A DNA stretch of 64,000 nucleotides, taken from the sequence record OP557969.1, one strand, 5' to 3'. The notes under the pieces are model-generated. The model saw nothing but the letters and a program-made list of their open reading frames with translations, did not search any database and was not told where the DNA came from. This stretch comes from Escherichia phage ph0011. This document shows, in pieces, positions 1 to 9,705 of the stretch; the first letter of the stretch is position 1, and each line of letters starts with the position of its first letter. The position numbers and the translations under genes were made by a program.

Positions 1-13
1 AAGGAGCATTACG

Positions 14-625
14 TTGACAAATACAAATACTAATACATACTTTAGATATCTTCGCCTTGGTCTTTCCCTACGTCCTATTCGTGGTAAGTGTGATTCGCTT
101 ACAGATCTTGATTATGCATATGCATTACATCATGAAGGTGTACAGTATGTATTAGGTGATTATGGCGAATTTGAAGAAACAAATGACAGTACTGCTATTA
201 ATGCAGGTGTTGAAAATCTTAACAACATTGCTAATAGTTCTCGTCATGATATTGTGTTACAAATCCAGAACTTTATTGAACAACACACAGGTAAACGTGT
301 TTGGTGCTATGTAGGCACTGATGCACAAATGTCAATTTCCTTCGGGAACGATGAAGGATATGTTGCACAGCTTATTATGGATTTTGAATCTGAAGAGAAG
401 TTTTTAGAATTTAAAGAGAAAATCATCCAGTCACTCGTTGATATGGGTATCCCAGAAGATAAAATGCCAGAAGTTCAAAACATCGATGAATTTGTTTTGA
501 TTCCATCTGATGAAAAGTATGATGCAATGTTTACTGCTCTTAATATTCCCGGAGTTATTGTGGAGTACTTTGATGATGGTGATGATAGTATCTATATCGA
601 CCTAGATGATGATGATGATGAATAA
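14..625 (+). CDS. hypothetical protein with poly-acidic C-terminus (DLDDDDDE); TTG start after AAGGAG
   Basis: ORF track; SD-like aaggag at 1-6; hairpin terminator immediately downstream. Confidence 0.5.
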   Translation: MTNTNTNTYFRYLRLGLSLRPIRGKCDSLTDLDYAYALHHEGVQYVLGDYGEFEETNDSTAINAGVENLNNIANSSRHDIVLQIQNFIEQHTGKRVWCYVGTDAQMSISFGNDEGYVAQLIMDFESEEKFLEFKEKIIQSLVDMGIPEDKMPEVQNIDEFVLIPSDEKYDAMFTALNIPGVIVEYFDDGDDSIYIDLDDDDDE

Positions 626-632
626 TGCAAAC

Positions 633-659
633 AGCCCGACATAAGTTCGGGCTATTTTT
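633..659 (+). terminator. rho-independent terminator
   Basis: stem agcccga/tcgggct (633-639/647-653) followed by TTTTT. Confidence 0.6.
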
Positions 660-671
660 GTAAGGAAAAAT

Positions 672-941
672 ATGAATTACAAAAATATACAATTCACTTA
701 TATGGAATTATTTAAATTACACCATAAAAACAGAAGTTCTAACACAATTATTAAAAATGCGTTTACCCATAAACTATGGACAAATTACCTAGAAGAATTG
801 CGTGAATATTTTGTTGATACTGAAATTTTCATTGGTGGTAAAAAACGAAAAATACTTAGAGTCGATAGTTTTGGTGGTCGATTAGTTCTTTCATATAAAC
901 TTAATAACGATCTATGTTCTGTGAATTTGGTAGATTTATGA
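672..941 (+). CDS. small protein, member 1 of tandem NDIQFTY paralogue family
   Basis: N-terminal MNYKNIQFTY and C-terminal GGRLVLSY..VNLVDL shared with neighbours; stop overlaps next start (ATGA). Confidence 0.55.
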   Translation: MNYKNIQFTYMELFKLHHKNRSSNTIIKNAFTHKLWTNYLEELREYFVDTEIFIGGKKRKILRVDSFGGRLVLSYKLNNDLCSVNLVDL

Positions 942-1198
942 ATTATAAAGATTTCCAATTTACATTCAAATATATTCGTAGTATAGCAGATAAAAATAAT
1001 AGTGTGTTTTTAGAAGACACATGTTCTGAAATGATTAATACTGTTCGTGATAGGATTAAAGAAAAATTCAGTACTGTTATTATTAACGATGAACATGCAG
1101 AATTTTCAGATATAATAATTCGACGAGATGGTAAAGTTGAGGTTCAGTACTACACTGATTTTGGATTTACCAGTGTTACGTTGGAGATATTCCCTTGA
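938..1198 (+). CDS. small protein, member 2 of NDIQFTY paralogue family
   Basis: MNYKDFQFTF N-terminus; start moved to ATG 938 overlapping upstream stop. Confidence 0.55.
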   Translation: MNYKDFQFTFKYIRSIADKNNSVFLEDTCSEMINTVRDRIKEKFSTVIINDEHAEFSDIIIRRDGKVEVQYYTDFGFTSVTLEIFP

Positions 1199-1506
1199 GA
1201 TTAAATTTAAATGATATTCAATTTACATATAAAAATATATACGATTTGTATGATATGTATCTTTTTAGTGGGAAGATTGGTAACCATACTGAATCAAAAG
1301 AATCACCATTTATCCAAAATTACTTTGATTACTTAGATGCAGTTGGTGAATATATAAAAAAGAATTACAGTACTTACACTGATGGAGATGATATGTTTGA
1401 ATATTCAGGTATAAAATCTTATCAAGGAATTATCCATGTTGAGTTTCTTGAAAAAACTGATAGGGAGTTTATAGAGATCAAAGTGATGAAGTTAACGGAC
1501 CTGTAA
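1195..1506 (+). CDS. small protein, member 3 of NDIQFTY paralogue family
   Basis: LNLNDIQFTY motif; TTG start overlapping previous stop. Confidence 0.5.
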   Translation: MRLNLNDIQFTYKNIYDLYDMYLFSGKIGNHTESKESPFIQNYFDYLDAVGEYIKKNYSTYTDGDDMFEYSGIKSYQGIIHVEFLEKTDREFIEIKVMKLTDL

Positions 1507-1516
1507 GGATTGACAT

Positions 1517-1807
1517 ATGATTCTTAATGATATACAATTCACATATAGAGTTTTATACATGGAGTACTCTCATACTGATCCTAAAGACTATCACTATTAT
1601 GAAACCTTTCGAACGATATGGATTGAATTTTTAGATGAATTAAAAGCGTATTACGGTAGTGTTCGTATTGTTCGTGATGGTAGAATTTACACTTGTAAAG
1701 ATGTTGTCAGTCATAGTGGTAAGCTACGATTAGAATTATATACAGAAGGACATGGTTGGATTGGTGTAAATTTACTGGATTTAGATAATGAAACACAACT
1801 TAAATGA
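1517..1807 (+). CDS. small protein, member 4 of NDIQFTY paralogue family
   Basis: MILNDIQFTY motif; C-terminal GVNLLDL like other members. Confidence 0.55.
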   Translation: MILNDIQFTYRVLYMEYSHTDPKDYHYYETFRTIWIEFLDELKAYYGSVRIVRDGRIYTCKDVVSHSGKLRLELYTEGHGWIGVNLLDLDNETQLK

Positions 1808-2066
1808 CATACAAGTGTTCTATAGCTTCGTATATGAATCTTATGCATCAGAAGGTTACTATGAAAGTGTGTATTATTTTTTATGGCAACAATACCGTAC
1901 TATAGTACGAGATTTATATATAGGAAAATATATAACATACTGTGATAGTAGAATGATGTGCACAGATGTTCTTAGTTATCATGGTAGGTTGGTATTCCAG
2001 TTCGAAGACAGTGAAGGTAGTATGTCTTTAAATGTAAGAGATTTAAAAGGAGTGCATTTTGAATAA
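1788..2066 (+). CDS. small protein, member 5 of NDIQFTY paralogue family
   Basis: MKHNLNDIQVFY motif; C-terminal SLNVRDL. Confidence 0.55.
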   Translation: MKHNLNDIQVFYSFVYESYASEGYYESVYYFLWQQYRTIVRDLYIGKYITYCDSRMMCTDVLSYHGRLVFQFEDSEGSMSLNVRDLKGVHFE

Positions 2067-2259
2067 GTGTCCATATTGTAACAGTACTCAATTAGCTCGT
2101 TTCCGTTTAGATTCAGACTGGGCCACTGGTGCTGGTGATTTCTTTCCTATCAATGATGATGCAGAATATACAGAAGAACAGCACAAAGATTTTGATAAAT
2201 CATGGCGACCTGACATTGAGTGCATTTATTGTCTTAATTGTGAGCGTATACATGACTAA
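2059..2259 (+). CDS. small zinc-ribbon protein
   Basis: CPYCNS ... CIYCLNC paired CxxC motifs. Confidence 0.5.
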   Translation: MNKCPYCNSTQLARFRLDSDWATGAGDFFPINDDAEYTEEQHKDFDKSWRPDIECIYCLNCERIHD

Positions 2260-2515
2260 AGCTGAACTGATCGTACAAACACTGCGTTTATTGAGGGATT
2301 TAGATATCCCACGCATGGATGTGAAACTTGAAGATATCTACATTGAATCTCTTAGTGAAGATTACACCGATACCGTAATGATGCTGAATGACGTGCTTTA
2401 TCGTATAGATAGCATCAGTCGTCTTGGAAGTACTTTAAAAGTGAATATGGAAAGAGTTGATAAACTTTATGTACATATATATAGTCTACCTATTTCAATA
2501 TTAAACTATAGATGA
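2252..2515 (+). CDS. hypothetical protein
   Basis: ATG 2252 overlaps upstream stop; ORF track 2129 start is probably an upstream extension. Confidence 0.45.
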   Translation: MTKAELIVQTLRLLRDLDIPRMDVKLEDIYIESLSEDYTDTVMMLNDVLYRIDSISRLGSTLKVNMERVDKLYVHIYSLPISILNYR

Positions 2516-2802
2516 ATATTATATTGATACAAAAAACATATGCGTTATTGATGAAAGAATATACTAATACTTATGATGAAAAGTGCAGTGCAAATCATAA
2601 TATGTATAAATTCATTACCCAAGAGTACAGGGATTATATATATGCTGCGTTAGTGGGTAGATATTTCAGTACTAAAAAACGTAAAGAACTCAAAGTTGTA
2701 GATATTACTTTTTTCTACAACGGGCATATAACAATTCATGGTGTTGAACATAATTCACAAATATATCGTAACTATTCATTCAATGAGGTAACAATTATAT
2801 GA
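2512..2802 (+). CDS. small protein, divergent member of NDIQFTY family
   Basis: N-terminal LIQKTY resembles IQFTY motif; start/stop overlap. Confidence 0.5.
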   Translation: MNIILIQKTYALLMKEYTNTYDEKCSANHNMYKFITQEYRDYIYAALVGRYFSTKKRKELKVVDITFFYNGHITIHGVEHNSQIYRNYSFNEVTII

Positions 2803-2981
2803 GAGTAGTATTTTTTATCTGGAGTCTTTTCTCACTAGCAGTACTGACAGTTTCAGGTGCTTATTCTTTTTTAACAATGAACACATGGTATGTTAATTTA
2901 CTATTCCCAATTGTTGGTGTCGGTTTAGGATTTACTTTACATAGTGTATGTAAGGATTACAATGACAAATACAACAAATGA
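2799..2981 (+). CDS. small membrane protein
   Basis: two hydrophobic segments (FIWSLFSLAVLTV, LLFPIVGVGLGF). Confidence 0.45.
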   Translation: MRVVFFIWSLFSLAVLTVSGAYSFLTMNTWYVNLLFPIVGVGLGFTLHSVCKDYNDKYNK

Positions 2982-3240
2982 AGTTCTTATTGCTGAAACA
3001 ATGAATATGATTTATTTTATTACTACGGCACAGGATTTGTCTTATCCAGTGAAATCGTTACTTAGGTCAATGTATATTGATATTGTAAAAGAATATTATA
3101 AATCTAAACACAGAAGTATTATTAGTGTTTATCGTGATTATGAAAGGATTCGTATTTTATTCTGGAACAAGAACCGAGTTCGTGAGGAATGTGATCTAGT
3201 AGATTTTAAATTAGAGAATCTTTATTGTTACAAAATTTAA
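2962..3240 (+). CDS. hypothetical small protein (possible divergent NDIQFTY-family member)
   Basis: ATG 2962 after aagga; C-terminal CDLVDFKL resembles family C-termini. Confidence 0.45.
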   Translation: MTNTTNEVLIAETMNMIYFITTAQDLSYPVKSLLRSMYIDIVKEYYKSKHRSIISVYRDYERIRILFWNKNRVREECDLVDFKLENLYCYKI

Positions 3241-3296
3241 AAGATGATAAATATTTTACAAAAGAATGTTTTTTTAGAAAAAAAAGGATTTTGTAA

Positions 3297-4781
3297 ATGA
3301 AAGTATGTACGAATTTAAATGTTACTGGTGATATAACGTCTAATGGGATGACGTTAAGCAAGAATCATAATTATGAGAATTTTAGTGACCTACAAGAAAG
3401 ATGTACTAAAATGCTTTTACAATTTGATAAACCTGAAGTATACGATCCTGATATTACTATTACAATAACTACTAAAAATGTAAATTATACATATAAAGGA
3501 CCAATTGATGGTATGTGTGATATAGAAAATCCTTCATTGTATAAAATTTCCATGTATGTATACACTGACAAAGAGTATTTTATAAACGATGTACAATTAT
3601 CAGATGATGGTAGTTTTCATTTTTCTAAAACGAATAATGGCTCAAAACAATTTAGACTAATTAGAATATCTGATAATAAATGGATTGATACATTAGAATA
3701 TGCATTATTGACTAGAAGTTATATAATACCAGAAACTGAAGATTCGCAAGTTAGAAATACAATGAAAGATCGTTGTTACACATATGATCAAGCGGCAGTT
3801 GCTATTGCATTAATGGTACAAAACCACCCAGAGATGGATAGATATGTATATGGTTTGTGTCAATTGGTTGAGGAAAATGGTGGAATAAAATTTTTTGTTA
3901 ATAGGATATCGGCATTTTCCAATAGAGCATACTATAGAATGGGTAATGCTGCATGGGTATTATATGGATTAGCTTTTTACTTATGGAAATTCCCAGATGG
4001 GGTATATGCGAATTTGGCCCGTGAAAAACTTTTGTTAGGGTTAGAATGGGTATCAACTTTTAAAGTAACTACACCCGGTGATAAAAGAGAAGGTTTATAT
4101 ATGGGTGGAAAAGGAAAATTTATCAATAATGGTTCTCAATTTGACCCGAATTACATTGCTAGTTGGTGTGCAATGGAACACAATTTAGATCTTTGGTTTT
4201 TATTTGATCTATGCTCTGTTATTGGAATTCAGAATTATGATACAATAGCAAAGGAATTACATAATAATATAAATGATAAATTGTGGATAGAAAGTGAAGG
4301 ACGTTTTCGTCAAGGTGTACATGAAACAACAGATGATAATGCTGCTGCATTAGATCAATCATCATGGGGTGGTTTGTATTCTTTATATGCAGATGGTAAT
4401 GATACAAAAGCAGTAAAATGTCACAAATATATGGAACGTTTTATGTTTGGTACGTTGGAATGTGAGGGATATACGCCTTATAATAAATTATTTGGTTATC
4501 CAAATGCAGTACAAGGTGTATGGACTGAAGGAACTGCTGGTGTGGCTTTGTTTGAACGTGCATTGGGTAATGACAGAACTGCCGCAAAATTAATTGCTAA
4601 TTTGAAGCCTATATGTGACCCAGTTTATGGATATCGTGACTCATGTGATGACCCAGATTACGATGTTCTTCCAGATTGGCCTTCCTCGTGTAATACAGCA
4701 TGGATTATTCTGGCTATTAACCCACAAGGTTTCTGGAAAGTTGAAGCCCCACTGATGGATATTGGGCTTGTGAAATATTAA
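3297..4781 (+). CDS. hypothetical 494-aa protein; aromatic-rich helical core loosely reminiscent of (alpha/alpha)6 glycosidase-like folds
   Basis: long ORF; segments WVLYGLAFYLW, SWCAMEHNLDLWFLF, GVWTEGTAGVALF; fold assignment is inference only. Confidence 0.6.
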   Translation: MKVCTNLNVTGDITSNGMTLSKNHNYENFSDLQERCTKMLLQFDKPEVYDPDITITITTKNVNYTYKGPIDGMCDIENPSLYKISMYVYTDKEYFINDVQLSDDGSFHFSKTNNGSKQFRLIRISDNKWIDTLEYALLTRSYIIPETEDSQVRNTMKDRCYTYDQAAVAIALMVQNHPEMDRYVYGLCQLVEENGGIKFFVNRISAFSNRAYYRMGNAAWVLYGLAFYLWKFPDGVYANLAREKLLLGLEWVSTFKVTTPGDKREGLYMGGKGKFINNGSQFDPNYIASWCAMEHNLDLWFLFDLCSVIGIQNYDTIAKELHNNINDKLWIESEGRFRQGVHETTDDNAAALDQSSWGGLYSLYADGNDTKAVKCHKYMERFMFGTLECEGYTPYNKLFGYPNAVQGVWTEGTAGVALFERALGNDRTAAKLIANLKPICDPVYGYRDSCDDPDYDVLPDWPSSCNTAWIILAINPQGFWKVEAPLMDIGLVKY

Positions 4782-4793
4782 TTATAATAAAAA

Positions 4794-4826
4794 ATGAACA
4801 TATAAAAATATATGTTCATTTTTTTA
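4794..4826 (+). terminator. rho-independent terminator
   Basis: perfect 11-bp stem atgaacatata/tatatgttcat followed by TTTTTTT. Confidence 0.7.
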
Positions 4827-4845
4827 TGGACATTATTAATATTTG

Positions 4846-4854
4846 TGATATAAT
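4846..4854 (+). promoter_or_regulatory. extended -10 promoter element TGATATAAT
   Basis: exact TGaTATAAT in intergenic gap 30 nt upstream of SD. Confidence 0.45.
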
Positions 4855-4894
4855 ATTGGATAAGGAACAATAACTAACACAAGGAGTGTGGAAA

Positions 4895-5623
4895 GTGCTT
4901 GACCGTATCCGTTTTGCCACAGAGATGGCGAATGAATTAAACATGGCAAATTTTCAAATGTTAACATCAGTGATGGCTGAACATGCATGTGCTTATTCTG
5001 TAAGTGGTGTGCAGTGTGGTCAGGAGAATATGTTAGCAGATGTATATAGCGAAGTTCAAAGTAAACAATACAGTGTAAAGACGTACAAGGATAAGTTCGT
5101 TAGTCTTTATATGAATGAAGACATTTCAGAAGACCGCAAATATACTGATTTTATTATTGAACGAAGAGTATCAGGTGTATCTAATCCTAACGCACCAAGT
5201 GATGAAGTTTTTTCAGAAGTACTGAAAGATATATACGAAAATGAATTGAAAAGTAAGAATCATTACAATGTACGTGAAACTAACACTGTGCTCTTGGGAT
5301 ATGATGAAGACGATCAATATTATTATTTCCGTATGACAGAAGTCCCTTTTGAATACAAATCACCAAGTACTACTGCTGTAAAAGAATTTACCGAGAAAAG
5401 CAAGAACTACAAGAAACATGAAGGCAACCGTTGTAGTATAAATGGTTATAATGAAGATGGTGTTCATATATATGAATGGGTTCATCCTAATTGCCAGACA
5501 TATACCCGTTGCTTGAAGAAACGTTATAATTTAGAAGACAATGAATCCTTCTACTTTAAAGTTAAGAAACAAAGCTATACTCGCCCTGAAGATTCAGAAT
5601 TGATGGGTATGGTATATTTCTAA
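4895..5623 (+). CDS. hypothetical protein
   Basis: ORF track (4886 GTG); second in-frame GTG at 4895 has better spacing to AAGGAG. Confidence 0.55.
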   Translation: MLDRIRFATEMANELNMANFQMLTSVMAEHACAYSVSGVQCGQENMLADVYSEVQSKQYSVKTYKDKFVSLYMNEDISEDRKYTDFIIERRVSGVSNPNAPSDEVFSEVLKDIYENELKSKNHYNVRETNTVLLGYDEDDQYYYFRMTEVPFEYKSPSTTAVKEFTEKSKNYKKHEGNRCSINGYNEDGVHIYEWVHPNCQTYTRCLKKRYNLEDNESFYFKVKKQSYTRPEDSELMGMVYF

Positions 5624-5632
5624 GGAACTGTT

Positions 5633-5914
5633 ATGGATTTTTACCTACACACATGGTCATACGAACAATACATTACATTATATCTTGAGATTATTAATAC
5701 TGATCCCAGATATGGTTGTGATTTTGCTGATATTATAAAAGAGTATGCAGATGAGTTTGAGTTTGTATATCTTGGCTCTGACCTATTCGTGAAGAGTGTA
5801 GGTAAAACCGGACGCATCACTGAGATTGATTATGATACTGTTAGTGTGAATTTCTATGTTGATTTTCCTTGTGATGGCGTTGATGGTGTATATTGTCTAT
5901 ATGAAATAATTTAA
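5633..5914 (+). CDS. hypothetical small protein
   Basis: ORF track; terminator downstream. Confidence 0.5.
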   Translation: MDFYLHTWSYEQYITLYLEIINTDPRYGCDFADIIKEYADEFEFVYLGSDLFVKSVGKTGRITEIDYDTVSVNFYVDFPCDGVDGVYCLYEII

Positions 5915-5921
5915 ATTTTTA

Positions 5922-5946
5922 GGCCAGCGTTTGCTGGTCTTTTTTC
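5922..5946 (+). terminator. rho-independent terminator
   Basis: stem ggccagc/gctggtc followed by TTTTTT. Confidence 0.55.
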
Positions 5947-5958
5947 GCAGGTACAAAG

Positions 5959-6258
5959 ATGATTAGTATAGATTTAATTAACAGTACTATAAAGTTGTTG
6001 GCTGATGTAGTGAGAGAATCCAATGGAACTGTATACCCATCAATGTATAAAATCTTTGAACGATACATCAAGGATTGTAACATATCCTTATATGGACTGG
6101 CGGTTGATATAGACGACCACTATGAAATTAATACTTCATATAAAACAGGAATGTTAATTGGTATTAATATGATGGGATATTTTCCTTATTACTGTATAGG
6201 ATTACCAGATAGTACTATGGTAGATTACCCAGCCAGTACTATTAAATTAAGAGGATAA
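5959..6258 (+). CDS. hypothetical protein
   Basis: ORF track. Confidence 0.5.
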   Translation: MISIDLINSTIKLLADVVRESNGTVYPSMYKIFERYIKDCNISLYGLAVDIDDHYEINTSYKTGMLIGINMMGYFPYYCIGLPDSTMVDYPASTIKLRG

Positions 6259-6265
6259 AACTAAA

Positions 6266-6844
6266 ATGAATGTATTAGAATTAAGTACTAAGCTTATTAG
6301 TATGCGTAATGAGTGGTACGATTGGTTTTATAAAGGCACTGATATGGATTTTTCAAAATATCCATTTATGGAATCAGGATGTGATGCAAACTACCGCTGG
6401 TTGAGCAAAAGTGATTCTGGTTTATTCATTCGAATTGATGATAGTGGTCAAGGAATTTTAAAAGATTTAATTCGAGTTGAAGAACTCGTCCATGACAATT
6501 GGTGTGATAATGATCCATACCTTGGAAATATGATTTATGTAAGTGAAAATGATTGCATATTCGTTATCCAGCGTCATGGTGATTCTATGTTTTATGTAGC
6601 AGACAACAGTACACCTGACGGTGCGGCAGCCAGTGAACTTATGCCTAAGATTGGTATATTGGAATTTGGATTACCTGAGCACTTTCAGATTAGTACTTTA
6701 TACGATATTCCACCACTTGAGTTCTTTGAAGAATTTAAATTATACTACAATGATCTTCAAAAATTGAGTTCTGAACATCGAATTGAAATAATAGTCAAGT
6801 ACATGGATGGGACAAAATTAACCGATACGGGGATAGAATTTTGA
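6266..6844 (+). CDS. hypothetical protein
   Basis: ORF track. Confidence 0.55.
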   Translation: MNVLELSTKLISMRNEWYDWFYKGTDMDFSKYPFMESGCDANYRWLSKSDSGLFIRIDDSGQGILKDLIRVEELVHDNWCDNDPYLGNMIYVSENDCIFVIQRHGDSMFYVADNSTPDGAAASELMPKIGILEFGLPEHFQISTLYDIPPLEFFEEFKLYYNDLQKLSSEHRIEIIVKYMDGTKLTDTGIEF

Positions 6845-7530
6845 TTAAAGATTTAGATAGAATTTTATATGTACTAAGGGGTGTGATTACATTGCATCCA
6901 CAGATTAATCGCATGGAGCGTGTATTTGAATTAAAATCAATAGAAACTCCATATTCACATATATCAAATGTAGTTGGATCATTCAGTACTGAAGACTCTC
7001 CATATGATATTTGTGTATGTGAAGTACAACCAAGTTCGGATATTGGATTTGCTATTTTTGATAAAAATCGAAATCTTATTAGTATGTTTCAGTGCAATAA
7101 TCCTTTTTGGAAAACATGCCTGTATCCAGAGTGGGCTATGCTTGATCCAACAAAGAGTAACATTAAAGTGTACGACTCTAAAAACAAAGAAGTCGTTATT
7201 GATTTGGATGAGTCAATGACTGAGGAAGAACACTTTCAGTTAATGATGTTGCGAGCTATGCCTGAATACAATGCAATGATTAACACTGTGAAATATATTA
7301 ATGATACTATGCAATCATTGCGTACACATGAGTTTTGTCATCCAGTATTGTATGAAAATTTAGATTTAGACTTCAGTACTATTAAATTTAAAGATAATGT
7401 TGTAAATTACATTCAAGAGAATGTTAAATTTGATTTTATTAATACTATGAATAATAATCCAAAAACAAATTTCAGGCATCAGTATAATGAATCGCTCTCT
7501 AATGGACGCGATACCAGTTGGTGGAAATAA
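6841..7530 (+). CDS. hypothetical protein
   Basis: ORF track; start overlaps upstream stop. Confidence 0.55.
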   Translation: MIKDLDRILYVLRGVITLHPQINRMERVFELKSIETPYSHISNVVGSFSTEDSPYDICVCEVQPSSDIGFAIFDKNRNLISMFQCNNPFWKTCLYPEWAMLDPTKSNIKVYDSKNKEVVIDLDESMTEEEHFQLMMLRAMPEYNAMINTVKYINDTMQSLRTHEFCHPVLYENLDLDFSTIKFKDNVVNYIQENVKFDFINTMNNNPKTNFRHQYNESLSNGRDTSWWK

Positions 7531-7531
7531 T

Positions 7532-7795
7532 ATGAATATCCAAGATAGATTACAATTGTTGTGCACACTTGAACAAGCTGCTTATGAACTTGTTAATAAA
7601 ATCTCTGAAGAACTTCCCAAAGGAACTAGAGTTCGTGTTCGTGAAATGGATTATGTAACGGGTGAAATTGAAGAAAAAGTTTTAACAGTGGTTAAAGTAA
7701 CATACTATGAGTCAGAGCTATCAATTCAATGTAAGTCAGATAATGGTTACATTTCCTACTATGGCACTGATATAGAGATGGAGGTAATCAAATGA
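7532..7795 (+). CDS. hypothetical small protein (helix then K-G-x-x-V beta motif family)
   Basis: ATG 7532 directly after upstream stop; GGTGGA upstream. Confidence 0.5.
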   Translation: MNIQDRLQLLCTLEQAAYELVNKISEELPKGTRVRVREMDYVTGEIEEKVLTVVKVTYYESELSIQCKSDNGYISYYGTDIEMEVIK

Positions 7796-8934
7796 CCCTT
7801 TTACAAATATATGAAGATTTGATGCACTTATGTAATACCCGTGAGGCTTTCTTTTATGTAGATCATAAAAGTCCTGCTGGTGGCACATATCGTGTATTCA
7901 GTTATCGACTAGCATCATATACTGATTTCATGCAACCGAATGCATTGGAAACCCGTGGTTCTATGTGGGAAATCGATGACGATGGCAACATGATACGTTG
8001 TGCATCACGTTGTATGAAAAAGTTCTTTAATGCTTACGAAAATCCTGCTACGATGTTCCCTGCTGATACCAAATGTGATGACATTGCAGTAGTGATGCCT
8101 AAGTTGGATGGTTCAATTATCAGTTCTTACCGTGATAATGATGGTATTATTCGTTGTAAATCACATACCTCATTGTATTCTGACCATGCAATTAACAGTA
8201 CTCGACTAATTAACGAGAACCAGAATTTGTATCAGTACATTGATGAAGCTGAACGTTTGGGTTACACGGTTAACATGGAGTACACAAGCCCAGAGTACCG
8301 AATCGTATTGCCATATCAGGTAGAACAACTATTTGTTCTAAACGTCCGTCATCGTGTAAGTGGTGAATTGTTGTGTGGTAAAGCATTACGCGAAAAGTTT
8401 CCTTGTCTTTCACAGTACAGCACCAATATGACAGGTAAAGATATTCATCACACGTTTCCGGTAAGAAATACATTTCGTGAAAGTGTTGAAGAAGTTCATA
8501 AAATGCTTGATATTGAGGGTTTTGTTTGTATTCTAAAAGATGGGACAATGTGTAAAATAAAGACGGATTGGTATAGTTCATTACATCTAACAAAAGACAG
8601 TATCATTATTGATTCACATTTGTTCGAAGCTGTGTTAAATGGTTCAAGTGACGACTTGAAACAATTATTCAGTACTGACGAATATGCTATGCAAAAGATA
8701 TTGAGAATGGAACAATTGGTATTTTCGTGCTATAATTCATTACAAGATGAGGTAGAAAACTTCGTCAATACACACAAGCACTTGGGACGAAAGGAATTCG
8801 CAATGAAGGTTCAGGAGTGTTTGACTAATGAACTAAATCGTCAGGGCTTGGCCTTTGCAATGTATAACAATAAGTATGTTGATTATAAAGAAACTCTTAT
8901 CAAATACATGAAAGTAGTACTAAAGGACTTTTAG
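7792..8934 (+). CDS. rnlA: RNA ligase 1 (T4 RnlA/gp63-like)
   Basis: N-terminus REAFFYVDH..GGTYRVFSYRLASYTDF matches T4 Rnl1 (KFFYSDD..GRTYRIFSYNYASY); similar length (380 aa). Confidence 0.85.
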   Translation: MTLLQIYEDLMHLCNTREAFFYVDHKSPAGGTYRVFSYRLASYTDFMQPNALETRGSMWEIDDDGNMIRCASRCMKKFFNAYENPATMFPADTKCDDIAVVMPKLDGSIISSYRDNDGIIRCKSHTSLYSDHAINSTRLINENQNLYQYIDEAERLGYTVNMEYTSPEYRIVLPYQVEQLFVLNVRHRVSGELLCGKALREKFPCLSQYSTNMTGKDIHHTFPVRNTFRESVEEVHKMLDIEGFVCILKDGTMCKIKTDWYSSLHLTKDSIIIDSHLFEAVLNGSSDDLKQLFSTDEYAMQKILRMEQLVFSCYNSLQDEVENFVNTHKHLGRKEFAMKVQECLTNELNRQGLAFAMYNNKYVDYKETLIKYMKVVLKDF

Positions 8935-8963
8935 TATAATCTATAGCCTAAGCACAAGGAGAA

Positions 8964-9221
8964 GTGATGGCTAAACCTAAGTATAGAAATGACGGTTCCC
9001 TTTCTCCAACAGAGTTCAGGAAGATACAAGAAGAAATCGATACATTACAGCACAAACGCTCTAAGAAAGGTGTGAAGATTAGTAAGAAACGAATCGAGAA
9101 TACTTTCGGTTGTAGTAGTACTGAATATAAAAAGAAAAGGAAACCGAAAGATGTTAGACCGAGAATATATGATATTACTCGTTATACATCAAGACGTGAA
9201 AATAAGTTTGATCCACTATAA
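8964..9221 (+). CDS. small basic protein
   Basis: Lys/Arg-rich ORF. Confidence 0.45.
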   Translation: MMAKPKYRNDGSLSPTEFRKIQEEIDTLQHKRSKKGVKISKKRIENTFGCSSTEYKKKRKPKDVRPRIYDITRYTSRRENKFDPL

Positions 9222-9230
9222 GGAGTTCAT

Positions 9231-9461
9231 ATGAAAGTTGAAGTTCAGCATAGTATTGTTCAAGATATGTCGGTAGTGAAATTTCATTCTCTGAAAGATT
9301 ACTTCAGGTGTATCAAGTTTCTAGAAGAATCTCATTTACAGTGGACTCCATTGAAATACAGTTCATTTAATGATACAGCTAGTATTCGTTGTGATGAATC
9401 TGTACTTGTAAAAATTACAAAACGATTTGGGTTAGGTAAAATTAATGAGCACAGTAAATGA
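9231..9461 (+). CDS. hypothetical small protein
   Basis: ORF track. Confidence 0.45.
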   Translation: MKVEVQHSIVQDMSVVKFHSLKDYFRCIKFLEESHLQWTPLKYSSFNDTASIRCDESVLVKITKRFGLGKINEHSK

Positions 9462-9699
9462 CCTAAAATACTACAACCAAACTGCGGATACCTTTATTAC
9501 CCATTTATATGAAGAATTCAGTCGTATCCGCAATGAATATACTGGTAAATGTATTTTATATAGCTTTTATCATAGTGGTGAAATTGAACTTGCTTACATT
9601 ACTAAAGTGAAGTTTTCAGATGACTATCAATTACTCTTTGAATTAGACAATAGTTTCGTTATTGAAGCTAATTTGATAGTTGATGTACTAGATAAGTGA
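9445..9699 (+). CDS. hypothetical small protein
   Basis: ORF track. Confidence 0.45.
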   Translation: MSTVNDLKYYNQTADTFITHLYEEFSRIRNEYTGKCILYSFYHSGEIELAYITKVKFSDDYQLLFELDNSFVIEANLIVDVLDK

Positions 9700-9705
9700 G
9701 GACAC

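Noticed and set aside
2129-2515. ORF-track 128-aa frame overlapping the zinc-ribbon gene
   Set aside because: N-terminal 41 codons overlap the 2059-2259 gene in another frame; an internal ATG at 2252 overlapping the upstream stop is the more plausible start.
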